A stretch of DNA of 55,894 nt, the filler included, from Basidioascus undulatus (taxonomy: Eukaryota): assembly GCA_000826855.1 (NCBI GenBank). It is 3 parts of 3 records of this genome, joined end to end, with 100 filler letters (N's around TTAATTAATTAA, not from the genome) between each part and the next. Parts side by side here need not be neighbours in the genome. Positions count along the whole stretch, not along the records: positions 1 to 31,885 come from JTLS01000097.1; 2 more parts are not named here. One strand, written 5' to 3'. A program made the position numbers and the translations under genes. Positions 1 to 12,325 of the stretch are shown here, in pieces (the stretch's first letter is position 1; the number at the start of each line of letters is the position of its first letter). Under the pieces are notes generated by a model. It was not told where the DNA came from, did no database searches, and was given only the letters and a program-made list of their open reading frames with translations.

Positions 1-3000
1 CGACCGGACGGCCACGTCTGAAGACGTCACGATCCAGCCGCATCATTCGGTCTTCACCTGGCGCGACGTCAACTATTCGGTCGGAAGCGGTAACTCGAGG
101 AAGATCCTTCTTGATCACGTCCAGGTGCGCCTTCATGATTGTTCCTTTTTTTGTTTTTGCGTAAGATGGCTCAACCGCTCAACGGGGTGCGTGGTTGTAG
201 GGATGGGTCAATCCGGGACGTCTCACTGCGCTCGTCGGCGATTCGGGAGCGGGCAAGACGACTCTTCTGAACGCACTGTCGCAGCGCCTCGGCGCGAGCG
301 GCGAGTTCCTCATCGATGGCAAACCGCTGCCTGCTCCTTCCAGCGCCTCGTGGGCTTCATCGAGCAGTGCGTATATTTCTTGACTTGCGCGCGCTTCTTT
401 CGTTATCAGCTGACCGCATCAATCCATTCAGGGCTGACGTTCACGAGCCGACATCCACTGTCCGCGAAGCGCTTGTATGTGTTAATCAAGTGCAGCCTTT
501 TCGCCCTCTCACTGACATCCATGCTACTGTCAGCGCTTTTCCGCCGAACTCCGTCAGCCGGGTGGCGCGAGCTTGCACGAGAAGCACGAGTATGTAGAGA
601 GCATCATCGAGGTCAGTCGCTTCTCCTGCTCTCCCATAGAGGCAAGGCCTGATCAGAGCACCTTCCCAATCTGCAGCTGCTTGAGATGCATTCTTTCGCA
701 GACGCTGTCATCGGCAAGCCCGGCCAGGGTCTTTCTGTGGAACAGCGGAAACGGGTGACCATTGGGGTGGAACTGGTACGTGCTTCATCCTCTTTCGAGA
801 TGGAGACTGTGACCTGATTCGACTACGTCAAATAGGCTGCAAAGGTGGGCTGCATCGTTCGGGACGCGCGACATTTGGGTGAAACTGACAGATCCATTTA
901 AAGCCTGCCTTGCTCTGCTTCTTGGACGAGCCCACCTCCGTAAGAGCCGTCTTGATCTTTCACGTTGAACGAATTGGGGCTGATGTGTGGAAACCTCATC
1001 AGGGTCTCGACGATCAAGGCGCGTGGCAAGTCGTTCGCTTTCTTCGAAAGCTCGTGGACGCCGGACAGGCGGTGCTTTGTACGATTCACCAGCCGAGTGC
1101 TGTTCTGGTGCGTCAAATGGCCCAGCCTACGCGGATTGATCAGTATTGACATTGGCATCGCTATTCCCAGTTCGAGAACTTTGACGACGTGCTTCTCCTC
1201 GGCCGCGGCGGGCGAACCTTCTACTTCGGCGAACTCGGGCAAGACTCGCAGACCCTCATTCGGTACTTCGAGAAGAACGGTGCCGACCCTTGCCCGAAGG
1301 ACGCCAACCCGGCCGAGTACATGCTCGAGGTCGTTGGCGCCGGCGCCGGAGCAACGGCCAAACAGGACTGGGGCCAGGTCCGTCCTGCGGTGTACAATAT
1401 CTCACCTTCGGTTTGAGATAATTGCTTTGTCGATTGATGCAGGTTTGGCTCGAGTCGACGGAGCGTCGCCGTGTAGCAGAGGAGGTCGAGCGCTTGATCT
1501 CTGAGCGCAGAGGCGAGAAGCCCTCGGAGACGCTCCAGGATGACAGCGAGTATGCAAGCTCGATGCTGCAGCAGTTCAAGTCCATCACTTCACCGCACGT
1601 TCACGACCTACTGGTAAGACCGCTACGGAGTCCATGCTCTTCGAAGCCGTTGCTGAACCATTGCTATCAGGCGCGACCCTCAATACTTGATCGGCAAGCT
1701 AGCGCTGCACATCACGACTGGCCTGTTCAACGGCTTGACCTGTAAGACTGGTCCGCTCTGTTGAACTGTACCTTCGTCATGCTCATTGTACAACGTTCAA
1801 GGCCTGATGCTCGGAAACGCAAACATCGACTTGCAAGGACGGCTATTCTCCGTGAGACTTGACCATCCACAGCCTCGTTTTCTATCTGCATATACTGATT
1901 CTTTACCACACAGATCTTCCTTACCCTCACAATTTCGCCACCTTTGATTCAGCAGGTAAGCACTACCATTCCGAAGAGGCTCGCCTTGTACTCATGTCTT
2001 GCGCCGTCAGCTGCAACCTCGCTTCCTCGCCCTGTGCGTGCCGGCCAAAATATTGACGCAAGTCGCAAATCCGCTGGCTGACTTTACACATCAACAGCCG
2101 TGACCTATACGAAGCTCGTGAAGGCAAGGCTAAAGCGTACTCGCGGCAACCGATGATCGCGGCGGCGATTCTTGCCGAGATACCATACTCGCTGGCCTGT
2201 GGAGGGATCTACTTTTGCTGCTGGTGTGTATTTTAGATCTGCAGCTTTTACACTCGATCGTGCTGATCGGCTGCTCTAGGTACTTCCTCCCCCGGTGGTG
2301 GTCGCGCCGCTTTTGCGTTCTTGTTCGTCGAGCTGTTCGAGCTGTGGTACACCGGTAAGCAGTAAAAATCCTCCTTTCTATAATGTGCGTAGGCTGACGT
2401 GATGTGCTTCTCGAAAAGGTTTCGGTCAATGGCTCGCTGCGATGGCGCCGAAGTATGTCGCCTGAGAGACCCACCAGCCAGCAGGCAGACATTGACCTCT
2501 GCAACTTCTTACAGCGCCTTCTTCCCGAGCATTCTCGTCCCCGTGTTCTTCTCCTTCGTCGTTTCGGTACGTCGTACCTCTTTCAATCCGTAGAAAGTGC
2601 TTCCCATTGACATCTTGCCATTGACAGTTCTGCGGTGTCCTCTCGCCGCCGTCAGCGATTCCTCATTTCTGGGTGCGTGCTTGAAGACTGAAGCCCTACA
2701 GTGTGCACCGTAGCTGACATGCCCAATCAGCGCGTTTGGATGGGGTCGCTGTTGCCATTCCGGTGGTTGCTGTCAGGTTTCCTGATCAACGCCGTGCACG
2801 AGATCCCCGTGCGCTGCACGAACCAAGAGTACCTCGTATTCGATCCGTGAGTCATTCGTGTTTACCATGTTGAATGTTCAATGCTGACGATAGATTGTGC
2901 TTCACAGCCCGGCGGGTCAAACCTGCGAGCAGTGGACGGCGGCCTACTTCGAGAACCCTCAAGCGATGGGGTACATCGAAGTCCCTTCAGCGACCACGGG

Positions 3001-3438
3001 CTGCAGATACTGCCAGTATTCCAACGGCGTACGTTTCTTCAGAGTTGTTCTAGATTACTTTCCAGTCACATCTGACCTATCTTGTGCTTAGGACGTGTAC
3101 GCGTCGACACTCGAAGTGGTCTGGGGCGATCACTGGAAATACTTCGCTTACTTCATCCCTTACATCCATATGTTCCCTCGCGTGAAACGTATCCTGGGCC
3201 AATGTCTCACGATCATCTTTCCAACGCTGCAGTCTTCAACTGGTTGCTCGTGTTCGCCCTCACATACCTCTTCCGCATCCCGAAACACGTACCCTTCGTG
3301 CGGCGTTCTTCGAAGACGTCTAGCGAGCCGCAACAGCCGACGACTGAGAAGCAGGCGTCGGGAGGCGAGCCGGGAGATCCGGAGCAGAGTGAGGTCGGGA
3401 TGGAGAGGAAGGGCATGGGAGGGGCAGGGGTTGCGTAG
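1..3438 (+). CDS. PDR/ABCG full-size ABC transporter, 3' half (NBD2+TMD2), multi-exon, with two apparent frameshifts (possibly pseudogene)
   Basis: Spliced reading gives FTWRDVNY, Walker [25 protein letters not shown]2 signature [45 protein letters not shown] and the C-terminal CRYCQYS; stop TAG at 3436-3438. Frame breaks at ~333-335 and ~2288-2293. Confidence 0.93.
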
Positions 3439-3823
3439 GGTTGGCGAGGACGCTGAAAGGCCGTGGCCGTGACGAACGATACTAGAACTAATGTATGGGC
3501 TGACGGGGCATCCCAGCTGATGTCGCTTCGCTGCGGCTTTCCAGTCTGCCGCCGCGTGTGGGGACGTCTTCTTGTGCTGCATGTCGATACTTCATGATAC
3601 TTCAAAGTAGCACTGTGGCGGGGCACCCTTCTCGCATTTTCAACGGAAAAGTGACTGCTTGGGAGAGTTGCCTTTAGAGTCGGGCGGGTTCTCCGTCGGC
3701 GCTCCGCCCGAGGCCCAGATAACAACCACGTGCAATCGCGCGGCGTATCGCGTGCGGGGTACCCTTGCAGCTGTGCAGAGCTCCCGTGCCTTGTCTTCTC
3801 CCATCGTCTTCCTACGCACCACA

Positions 3824-5597
3824 ATGACTCGTCCTTTAGCATTCAGCGCAATGATCAAGAGAGGCCTCGCAACGGCGGCGTCCGCGCCGCGCAAGACGCC
3901 GCTGTACGACTGGCATGTCGCGAAGGGCGCCCAGATGGTTGAGTTCGCGGGCTACAGCATGCCGCTCCAGTACAAGGGCGTCGGGCAAGGTAAGTCGTGA
4001 TTCTCCAGGGTGCTGGGTTCACAGGAAGTATTGAGCGGATGCGCTGACACTTGGTGGTCTGGTGCAGTCCAGGCGCACAACCACGTCCGGGAGAAGGCGG
4101 GCCTGTTCGACGTCTCTCATATGCAGTGAGTTCCTTTGCTGGCAATTAGGCTTGTGGTATCCAGCTGACGACTTTCCAGGCAGCTCACGTACGAATTTTA
4201 CCACCCATGACTATCTGCATTCGCTGAAGGAGCGGCTTACAGCATCTCCCAAGACGCCTCCTCCTCGCCCTCCTTCACTCACCACCTCCTCCCGCTTTCC
4301 CTCTCGCACGCACCGTCAACCTCTTCCTACTCTCTCCTCATCAACAAGAACGGAGGGATCATTGATGATTGTATCGCCACGAACTGGGGTGACGGGCGCT
4401 GGTACATCGTGACAAACGCTGGGCGCGCGAAGGAGGTGCAAGAGTGCGTCTGCCATGCTCCTCACGCATTGCTCGACTCCGCGCGTTGAGCTCACGTTTA
4501 CTTGACACAATTTCAGGTGGCTCGACGTAGTGCAGAAGGAGTGGGAGGGTCCCAAAGTCAAGCTGGAGTACCTCACGGGCCGCGCGCTCCTTGCACTCCA
4601 GGGCCCGACGTCCTCCTCCGTCCTGGCGAAGCACACGACGCACAACCTCAACTCTCTCCCCTTCGGAACGGTTGCGCACCTCCGCATCTCGTCCGATATT
4701 GACGTGCACGTCGCGCGCGGCGGATACACTGGCGAGGACGGGTTCGAGGTACGCTGCCACCTGGGTCACAGCTGGTCAGCGCGAGGGAGCGAGGGATTGA
4801 CGTGCAGTCTGAGAAAAAGATCTCGATGGAGAACAAGGACGCGGTCAAACTCGCGGACCTGCTCGCCGACTCGGAGGGAGTCCTCCCTATCGGTCTTGGA
4901 GCTCGCGATTCGCTCCGTCTCGAGGCCGGCATGTGTCTCTACGGACATGTAAATCATCGTGATCATTATTTCTGTATTGCTCAGATCCTTGTACTCATCA
5001 ATGATCTACAACAGGATCTCTGGGAGACTGAGCCCGGTCCCGATGGACAGGAGAAGGTGGGGACGACGGTGGGCGAGGCGGGCCTCGCCTGGGTCATCGG
5101 TTCGTCTTTTGCCAGCGGCTGCTGTCACGTCAGCCATAAGAATGCTAACATCGTTCCGTCGCATCATCCAGCGAAGGACCGACGCACTCCCGATTCTCCC
5201 GCCTTTATCGGCCGCGACACCGTGCTGCCCTCGCTGAAGGCGTCCAACACCCGCCGCAAGCGCGTCGGGCTCGTCGTCTCCGGCTCTCCCGCTCGTGGTG
5301 CGCATCGCCTTCTCTGCGCCATTTCACATTCGCAAAACCATTTTCTGATCACTTGCTCGGAACGATCCAGAGGGCGCGGTGATCGTCGACCGGCTCAACT
5401 CCACGCCCCTCGGCAAGGTGACGTCTGGCATCCCCTCGCCCACGCTCGGAAAGAACATCGTGATGGGCTATATCGACACGGCCGACGGGCTGCACAAGAA
5501 GGGCAGCGAGGTGAAGGTCATCGTGCGCGGCAAGGAGCGCAACGCGACGGTCACTAGCTTGCCGTTTGTGGAGTCAAAGTACTTCCGGGGGACGTGA
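3824..5597 (+). CDS. GCV1: Glycine cleavage system T protein (aminomethyltransferase), mitochondrial
   Basis: Presequence-like [16 protein letters not shown], then [91 protein letters not shown]. Exons splice in frame where traced. Confidence 0.96.
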
Positions 5598-5708
5598 TTT
5601 GTGGGTGTTGAGATTCTGAATACCGAAAGACTTTCATCTTAGTACGGCTATCATGTGCAAAGGTCTGCATTGAAGCGCATGACTGCATGGCGTTAGGGGT
5701 GTCCTGAA

Positions 5709-6568
5709 GTGTCCTCGCTGCGTTTCTTGAGTGTCGTGCAGTACGGCAATGGCAGCGCGGGTCAGATTCGGTTGCTCGATCGTCGACCCCGACGCGCATC
5801 TCAATTCGATGCTCGGTCTGTCTTCAACGTCGCCGAACCGAAGGCCAAGGTTCCCCGCCAGCCCAAACCATCGCAGCCTCAGCCGCGTCCTCCTCCTTCA
5901 ACCGACAAGAAGACGTTCGTGTCTACCATCCCCGTGGCCTCACCGGGCGAGAACGCGGCGCAGATCGGCCCACTCGTATCTCGCTGGAGCGGAGCCTCCG
6001 CGAGAGAAAGAAAGACACGGAACTCAACAGATGAAGAAGGTCCGTCGCTCGAGCTCGAGCTATTCAAATCAATCGCAACTCTTGTTCTTGGTGTCTGTTT
6101 TGACTAGCTGTCCATGTGGGTGCTACGCAGTCGACGACTTGTCGGAGCGGCTCGCGGATGCCAAGCTCGCGTGGCAAGTTGCTGCGAACGGCAGCAAGAA
6201 GGAGGCGCCGGTCGAGTCGCAGGAACGGTACACGTTAAGCCTCAAGATCTGGAGGGTTTCGGATCAGCTGCTCAACGAGGGCGAGACGAAGGGCGAGAAG
6301 AAGGGCGTCCTGCGGTGGCCGGATTCGATGAAGGTGTGTCATTCCCCTGCCTGCGGTGGTCCTCTTTCGAGACGACGAAGGCTTACTCATTGCCTACGCA
6401 TCTGTTGCCCTGTTTCACGTACCGTAGGCGATGCGCGCGGTGGTGTACGAGCCCGTTCAGGCCGCTGGCTCGGCGGTGCGCTTCGAGCCGCGACACAGAG
6501 TGAGCGACGACATCGACAACTGGGATCAACCCCTGACGGAGAAGAACCCAATCTCTTCCCACAATTGA
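5709..6568 (+). CDS. Hypothetical protein, multi-exon, start uncertain
   Basis: Coding-like segments (..STDEE / VDDLSERLADAK..WPDSMK / AMRAVVYEP..) joined by plausible GT-AG introns at ~6040-6130 and ~6334-6427. No recognisable domain; no in-frame ATG found for the first segment. Confidence 0.4.
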
Positions 6569-7101
6569 GTTTCATGTTTTTCAAGCTTAGCTTTTCCATC
6601 CCTAGCCTGTTTGCCTTCCACACGCTGATGCCCACACCCCTGATCTCTCGAAGACCACACCCGGACTCGACTTTCACGCCCACACTCATTCGCATGTTCG
6701 GCCAGCGTCTGAAGCGACACTTGGGCATTTACCTTCGCTAACTTCGCCGTGGCTGTCACTCCTCCGCTTGATCATTCCTCCTTTCTCGTCTCATGAATTG
6801 TCAGTGTACGGATCGGATAGGGATGTATTTGCATGACACAACCTGTTCCCTCTAGTTGTCCTTTACTGTCTTCAGCGTGAACTCTCTTGCCTGCGTAGAT
6901 CTACGAACACGAAGGGACAGATTGTGGACTTGGCAGCAAGACGGTACCAGCGCAAACATTTAGACTTGATGATACGTTGCACGTCAAGCGACGGACAGGC
7001 ACACCGGAGTTGTTCAAAGCGAGTGATGCGATCTAGGTACCCTCAACCCATGCCCTCCAGGGCGTCTCTATCATAATCTAGCAGTCGCTCTATCCCCCCA
7101 T

Positions 7102-8663
7102 CTACAGCTTCGCCTTCGCCTTGCCCGCGAAGGGGCACCCGCCACCCGAGCCGGGCGCGACCCGGCGCGTGAGGACGGCAAGGCCCTGCTCGTTACGTTC
7201 CACACCGAGCTCTGTAAAATGCCCAAAGCAGTCAGTGTCAGTTGACTTGGCTAAAAAAAAAACAAGGCTTTAAGAGTAGCAGAACGTACCGATGAGCTTG
7301 GCGTACGCCGCCGCAAAGTCCTTGAAGAAGCGGTCCTTGTCGTTGGCGTAGATCTCGACCCACTTGCGGAACTCGGGGTCGTCCCGGAGGGCGATCTGTG
7401 TCACATCATCACATCGTCAGTCTGGGGCTCGGTAAGATGCGTGCAGAGGGAAGCGACGCACGTCAGCAGGCAGCATCATCAGCTCCGTCCCGGCGACCTT
7501 GGTCTCGAACTGACGCGGGCCGTTCCACTTCTTCTCCTTCCAGTCGCGCTGGAGGAGGAACTTGTAGTAGAGGTTGCTGAAAAATAAGTGGAACATGAGA
7601 GTGGGCACGGAGGGGGTTGGGGAAAGTCAAAGAAAACATACGAGAAGCGGGTCGGGTTCGTCACCCAGGGGCCGTCGAAGCCAGATCGGTCGGCATGGCA
7701 GCGGCCGGCGTTGTGCGCACCGCAGAGCGCAACGATTTCCTTCAGAAGATTCAGAAGATGAAGAGCGTGGTGAGAAGAACGCGAAGTGGGACAAGTGAGG
7801 TTGTGCAGGACGCACTTGGTCGTTGAAACCCATGCGGTAGAAGATGTCGCGGACGTGGTCGGCACCTGATCATGACCTTATGTCAGTTCCGTAACCCTTC
7901 TGCCCGTCTTTATAAAAAAGGAACGCACCGAGAGCACCGTCCGGCAGACGCCCAGTCACATCGTCGCGGTAGTTCTTCACGTCGCCCACAAAGTCCGTGC
8001 GGCCGGGCTTCCACGGGGTGTCAGGCCCGCCCATTTCCTTCACTGCCACGACGCCCGCCTATAGTATACGTGGTATCTATGTCAGAATCGAGGGAAAAGC
8101 GGCATCGAGGAGCGCATATAAGACGCACCAAGGTGTACAGGTCGGAGTACGAGATCCAGGGGTGCTCCTCCTTCACAGGCTCCAAAAACTACCCAAAGCC
8201 CGCCCGTCTCAGAATCGCCACCCGTATTAATGAACGCGAGATCATACGTACGCTGACGGCATGAGACAAGCCGGCGTTGGCGGGGTCCGCAGACTCGAGC
8301 GGACACAGCTTGATACCGGCGCCGTTGGAACCGCCAGAATGAGTGCCTCCCGGAATGAGAGCGGGCGCCCCTGCAAGCCCCAAGTAAAGATTCGAGTAAG
8401 CTTCACGCATAAACCTCCTACATGCTACGGGGAGGGGGTGGCACAAAGCCCAGCGGGAAAGGAGACGCACAGCTGCCAGATGCGTGCCACGCAAGACGGA
8501 TGAAGATGGGACCCGCGGAGCCGTCGTCGTAGCCCGGTTTGGGCATCGCCTTCTTGATGCTCTCGCGAACAGCTGAATAGCAGAACAGATTCGAACCTTT
8601 GAGGTTGTGCGCCCGGTCGCAGCTGGAAGGAAACGCACCGTTGTAGTCGCCAGGCTCGCTCAT
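7102..8663 (-). CDS. Class I heme peroxidase (cytochrome c peroxidase-like, Ccp2 type) with C-terminal PTS1 (-AKL)
   Basis: [28 protein letters not shown] (distal R/W/H), [43 protein letters not shown] (proximal His), GFDGPW, LMMLPAD; ends [13 protein letters not shown]. No mitochondrial presequence. All exons splice in frame. Confidence 0.94.
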
Positions 8664-10396
8664 CGTAACTGTGTGACTAGGGATCGGTACTGAGATATTG
8701 GGGATGACTAGAGGACTAGAAAATATGAAATAAGAGTAGCGAAGGTGGTGGACGCAGAAAAGCAAGAAGCGAGAAGGCCAAGATCGAGGTGCAAGTCCAA
8801 CCGCGCAATTGAGGTTTGTCGGCTCGCCACAGCCGGCTTCTTTTGCCAAAGAAGCCGGGTCGTTTTCACGTGACTGCGACTTTCGCAGTGAAACGAATCT
8901 GAAAGGACCGAAACACGACAGCGGTCTGAACAGTGCAACGGAAGGGCAAGTGAAAGGGGAAAATCTGATCTTCTAACCGTGTCATGCACAGGCCAAAGCC
9001 ATGTCAAGCCACGTTTTAACCGGCCTGCTCTCTGCAGCCATAGATTTCTCCACTCTCGGCTAACCTTTCGTTCTTCAAAAACTCCAGACCTTGACTAACG
9101 TCCACACGAGCTCTCCCGCCCGTTCTTCATACTTTGCCTTCCGTTCCTTTTCGTACCAATCATATATATATTGCTTTTTTGCCTCAGTATTCTATCCCCG
9201 TAGCACTCGGATCTCCTCCCCAAGGCTTCCGGGAGCCGTCACCTCTTTACGAAACTGCCACCGTTTTCATTCGTTCACGGGCAGTCAGACTGCATGACCC
9301 GCCACGCGTAACACTTGTATGCCCTCTTTCTTTTCTCTGGTGTCTGGCGGCACTCATTGTGGAATCTTCTTTGGTTAGGACTTTTACAGGCAAGTGATAG
9401 GTAAAGCATTGTCATTCGGTCTGCCATGCTGCATCGCAGCGCACCGCATAGCATCGCCCCTCACGGAAAGCTGGCCGCCGGACAACATCGAGCTGTTCGT
9501 AAGCTTTGAGTTTTTCAGAAGTCACTCGCCTTTTCACGACATTGTGAAGGCTCTGGTACACTATTCTGTAGCGTTACTCTCCATCGCTCTCTACTAACCT
9601 GTCGCACTCGAACTGTGCATTGGTGGAAGGACCGCTTTTGTCACATCCAGGTATGCTTTCTATATTTGATGGTTGGCGAGTGTAAATAACAAGCAACAAC
9701 GCGGGAGTAGATTGTCCCGCCACTGTTTCCCGTGAAGGCGTCTGTGACAACGGAGCGATCGGCTTGGCGATCCTGAGGGTCGGTTTGGCCAATTTTGAGG
9801 AACGAGTGCGCGAAAGACTCTGCAATCAGACGAGGTTCGAGGTCTTACTCAAGGACCTGGGCACCACCTTGACTCGAAACGGACATACTTCACTCAAGGA
9901 AGATGCACTCTTGGTAGAAGCTAAATGTGCTGATTCAGGATCTTTACCTGCATAGTTCACCCTGTAGTGGGGTGCCTGCATGAATGAGAAGGCAGAGGGC
10001 AGCGGAGTTCCAGCGCTTGCACTAGTTGAACACCAAGTTCTGTTGTTCCCAGTTGCACATTCGATTATAGGTAAACTATGGAGTGTGTACCGTTGCTCAC
10101 GAGAAGCTGGGCGATTAATATTCTGAGCAGGGCTGTGATTCACGTCAACGTTCAAGTTACCGGGGAGGGAGGCTACTGTCAACTTGCTGTCACAAAGAAT
10201 GAGATGCTCGGCCCAAGCCGCGGAATTGCGGAAACTCATGACTCTAATCAACCACCGGGGACTCAGAACTATTAATTGGGGGAAGCATCAGCCTGCCTGT
10301 GAGCTGTGCCCCCCTTGGGCTTTACTCTCAATCCCCCACATCTTCTGGCGGCCACCAGCGTTACTGCTCTCACCCACACTCCCTCACACTGAAAAG

Positions 10397-11298
10397 ATGT
10401 CCCTCAAGCGCCCTTTCGACATCTTGCACCGTATCGTCGAGCTTGTCTCCGGCGATACTCATCCCCTTGCGTACACTCGCGACTGGGCGAGTCTCGCCAA
10501 TCTTTGCCTCGCCTCTCACGTTTTCCTCTCGATCGCTCGCAGAGAGCTGTACGGGTCGGCAGTCCTCTATAGAAATAATCAGATTGATATGTTTCGACGA
10601 CCGTCCAGAAAAACAAAACGCTCGTCGGTCACCTGGATTCGCTTGGTTTCTTCCCAAGCGACCCCGAGCACAACCTCTTTCCTCACCAGCTTGTCCTGGT
10701 GCTGATTCTGGCAAAGACGAGAATTAGGCGTTTAGATTTTCGACTTGAGGTTTCTTGTGGGCCTGGCATGTTCACCTCCACTTGCTGGACGGCTGTCGAA
10801 GGCTTACAGCATCTCGAAGAATATGCTCATATGGGGCGCTTGGGACCTCGCTCCGTTGATATCGGCAACCACAGTCGTCTACGCCGTATAGCGACACCTG
10901 GCGATATCCTTCCCATGCCCGACGATGTCGCTCCATCAAGCATATCCTTTTCCTTTGATACTGATGTCCGTCGACTGGCCGTGTTTGTCAAACTGGTATA
11001 TGGCGGATTTTTTCCCGGTGGCTCTTCCGCAGGCGACATATCCGCGCTGGGCAAACTTGTAAAACGTATGTCCTCGATAAAAAGTTGGATCTTCGTACAC
11101 CCTTATAAGCTTACGCCGGAGGATGCCGCTCGTGCACGGCGGTACTCGGCCGCCTGGTGGTCGTCTGGTTGCACCGCTGAATTGATTCACCTGTCCACCA
11201 ACAACGGCGGAAATTCCGAGGACACCGACCTTGCTACGATGCAGCTTGTTGATGAGGGTAAGCTTTGGGGGCAGCGGGGTGAGCGCCTGTCATCCTGA
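10397..11298 (+). pseudogene. F-box-like hypothetical protein with one frameshift
   Basis: MSLKRPFDILHRIVEL..LANLCLASHVFLSIARRELY is an F-box-like N-terminus. Adding one T at 10592-10594 fuses it to STTVQKNKTLVGHLDSL.. and ORF 10699-11298. Confidence 0.6.
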
Positions 11299-12325
11299 GC
11301 TGGAACGTTCGGGGTTCCCTTCGGCGTTGCAAAGCAAAGACGGCCATATCGAGCATGCGGTCGTGGTATTCATCTAGGTCGATCTTTGTATTACCGTTTG
11401 CATGTATGTCCAGTGAGCTCGGCGCAATTCACACGAATCCTGTGAACCTCCCCGTTTTGAAGGCTGCACGAAGCCAATGAGGCCATTAAGTCTGGTCACA
11501 TGAGAACCGTGATGTGTATGCCCTTTCCAAAAGGTTCATGTGTTAAGGTCCTGAGGCGGCGCATGCACAAGGGGTTCTGTCTCTGCACCATTATAGACCA
11601 TTTATGAAACATCGAACATTCCTGCACCTCTTCATGGAGTTTTGATCTTGCCGCAGTGCCATGACCAGCTCAGTTAAGTCCAAGCAGCATCGCAGCCAAC
11701 CGGCTTCGATGAAATGACATACAGACTTACCAAAGTCTGAGGCCGCCATGACGGCCACCCACCGACCTTGCGTATCCAACCTGCTAGGCTTGCGAGAGTT
11801 TTCAGACGAAGAGGATTGCGGAACCCTCCCAGTTCAAGCGATGCCAGCCCAGATTCATAGTCGTTCTCGGAGAACGCCTAGTGGGCCGGTCTTTGAAATG
11901 TGCGGGAGAGAATGGTAGTATACCATCAGGAAGCAAACAAGAAGACAATGCATTGAGAGACGCCTTATGACGAGGCATTCTCGTCAAACGAAACAAAGTC
12001 CATCGTGAGCGCAAATCTCGAGCGGCAGATCAAACCTCCCACGAAGTGATACAAGAGGTGATACACTACTTGCACACTCCTCCGATGAGGTCAACTGTTC
12101 CATAGGGTAATTGTAGCCAGTGCTACGGATGAATACGCCTGCGACGAGCGGGTTGAGCGGGTGAGCGAGAACAGCAGGATTAAAGGGCAATGCACTGGGC
12201 AGAGGAATGCTCTGGAAGAACCTCAAGCGCGACCACGTCATAAAAGTCTGCAAGGGGCGAGAAGAAGTTGGACTGTTTGGTATAGGCGTTAGCGGCCGAG
12301 CATGTCAGATCACACGACTAACAAC

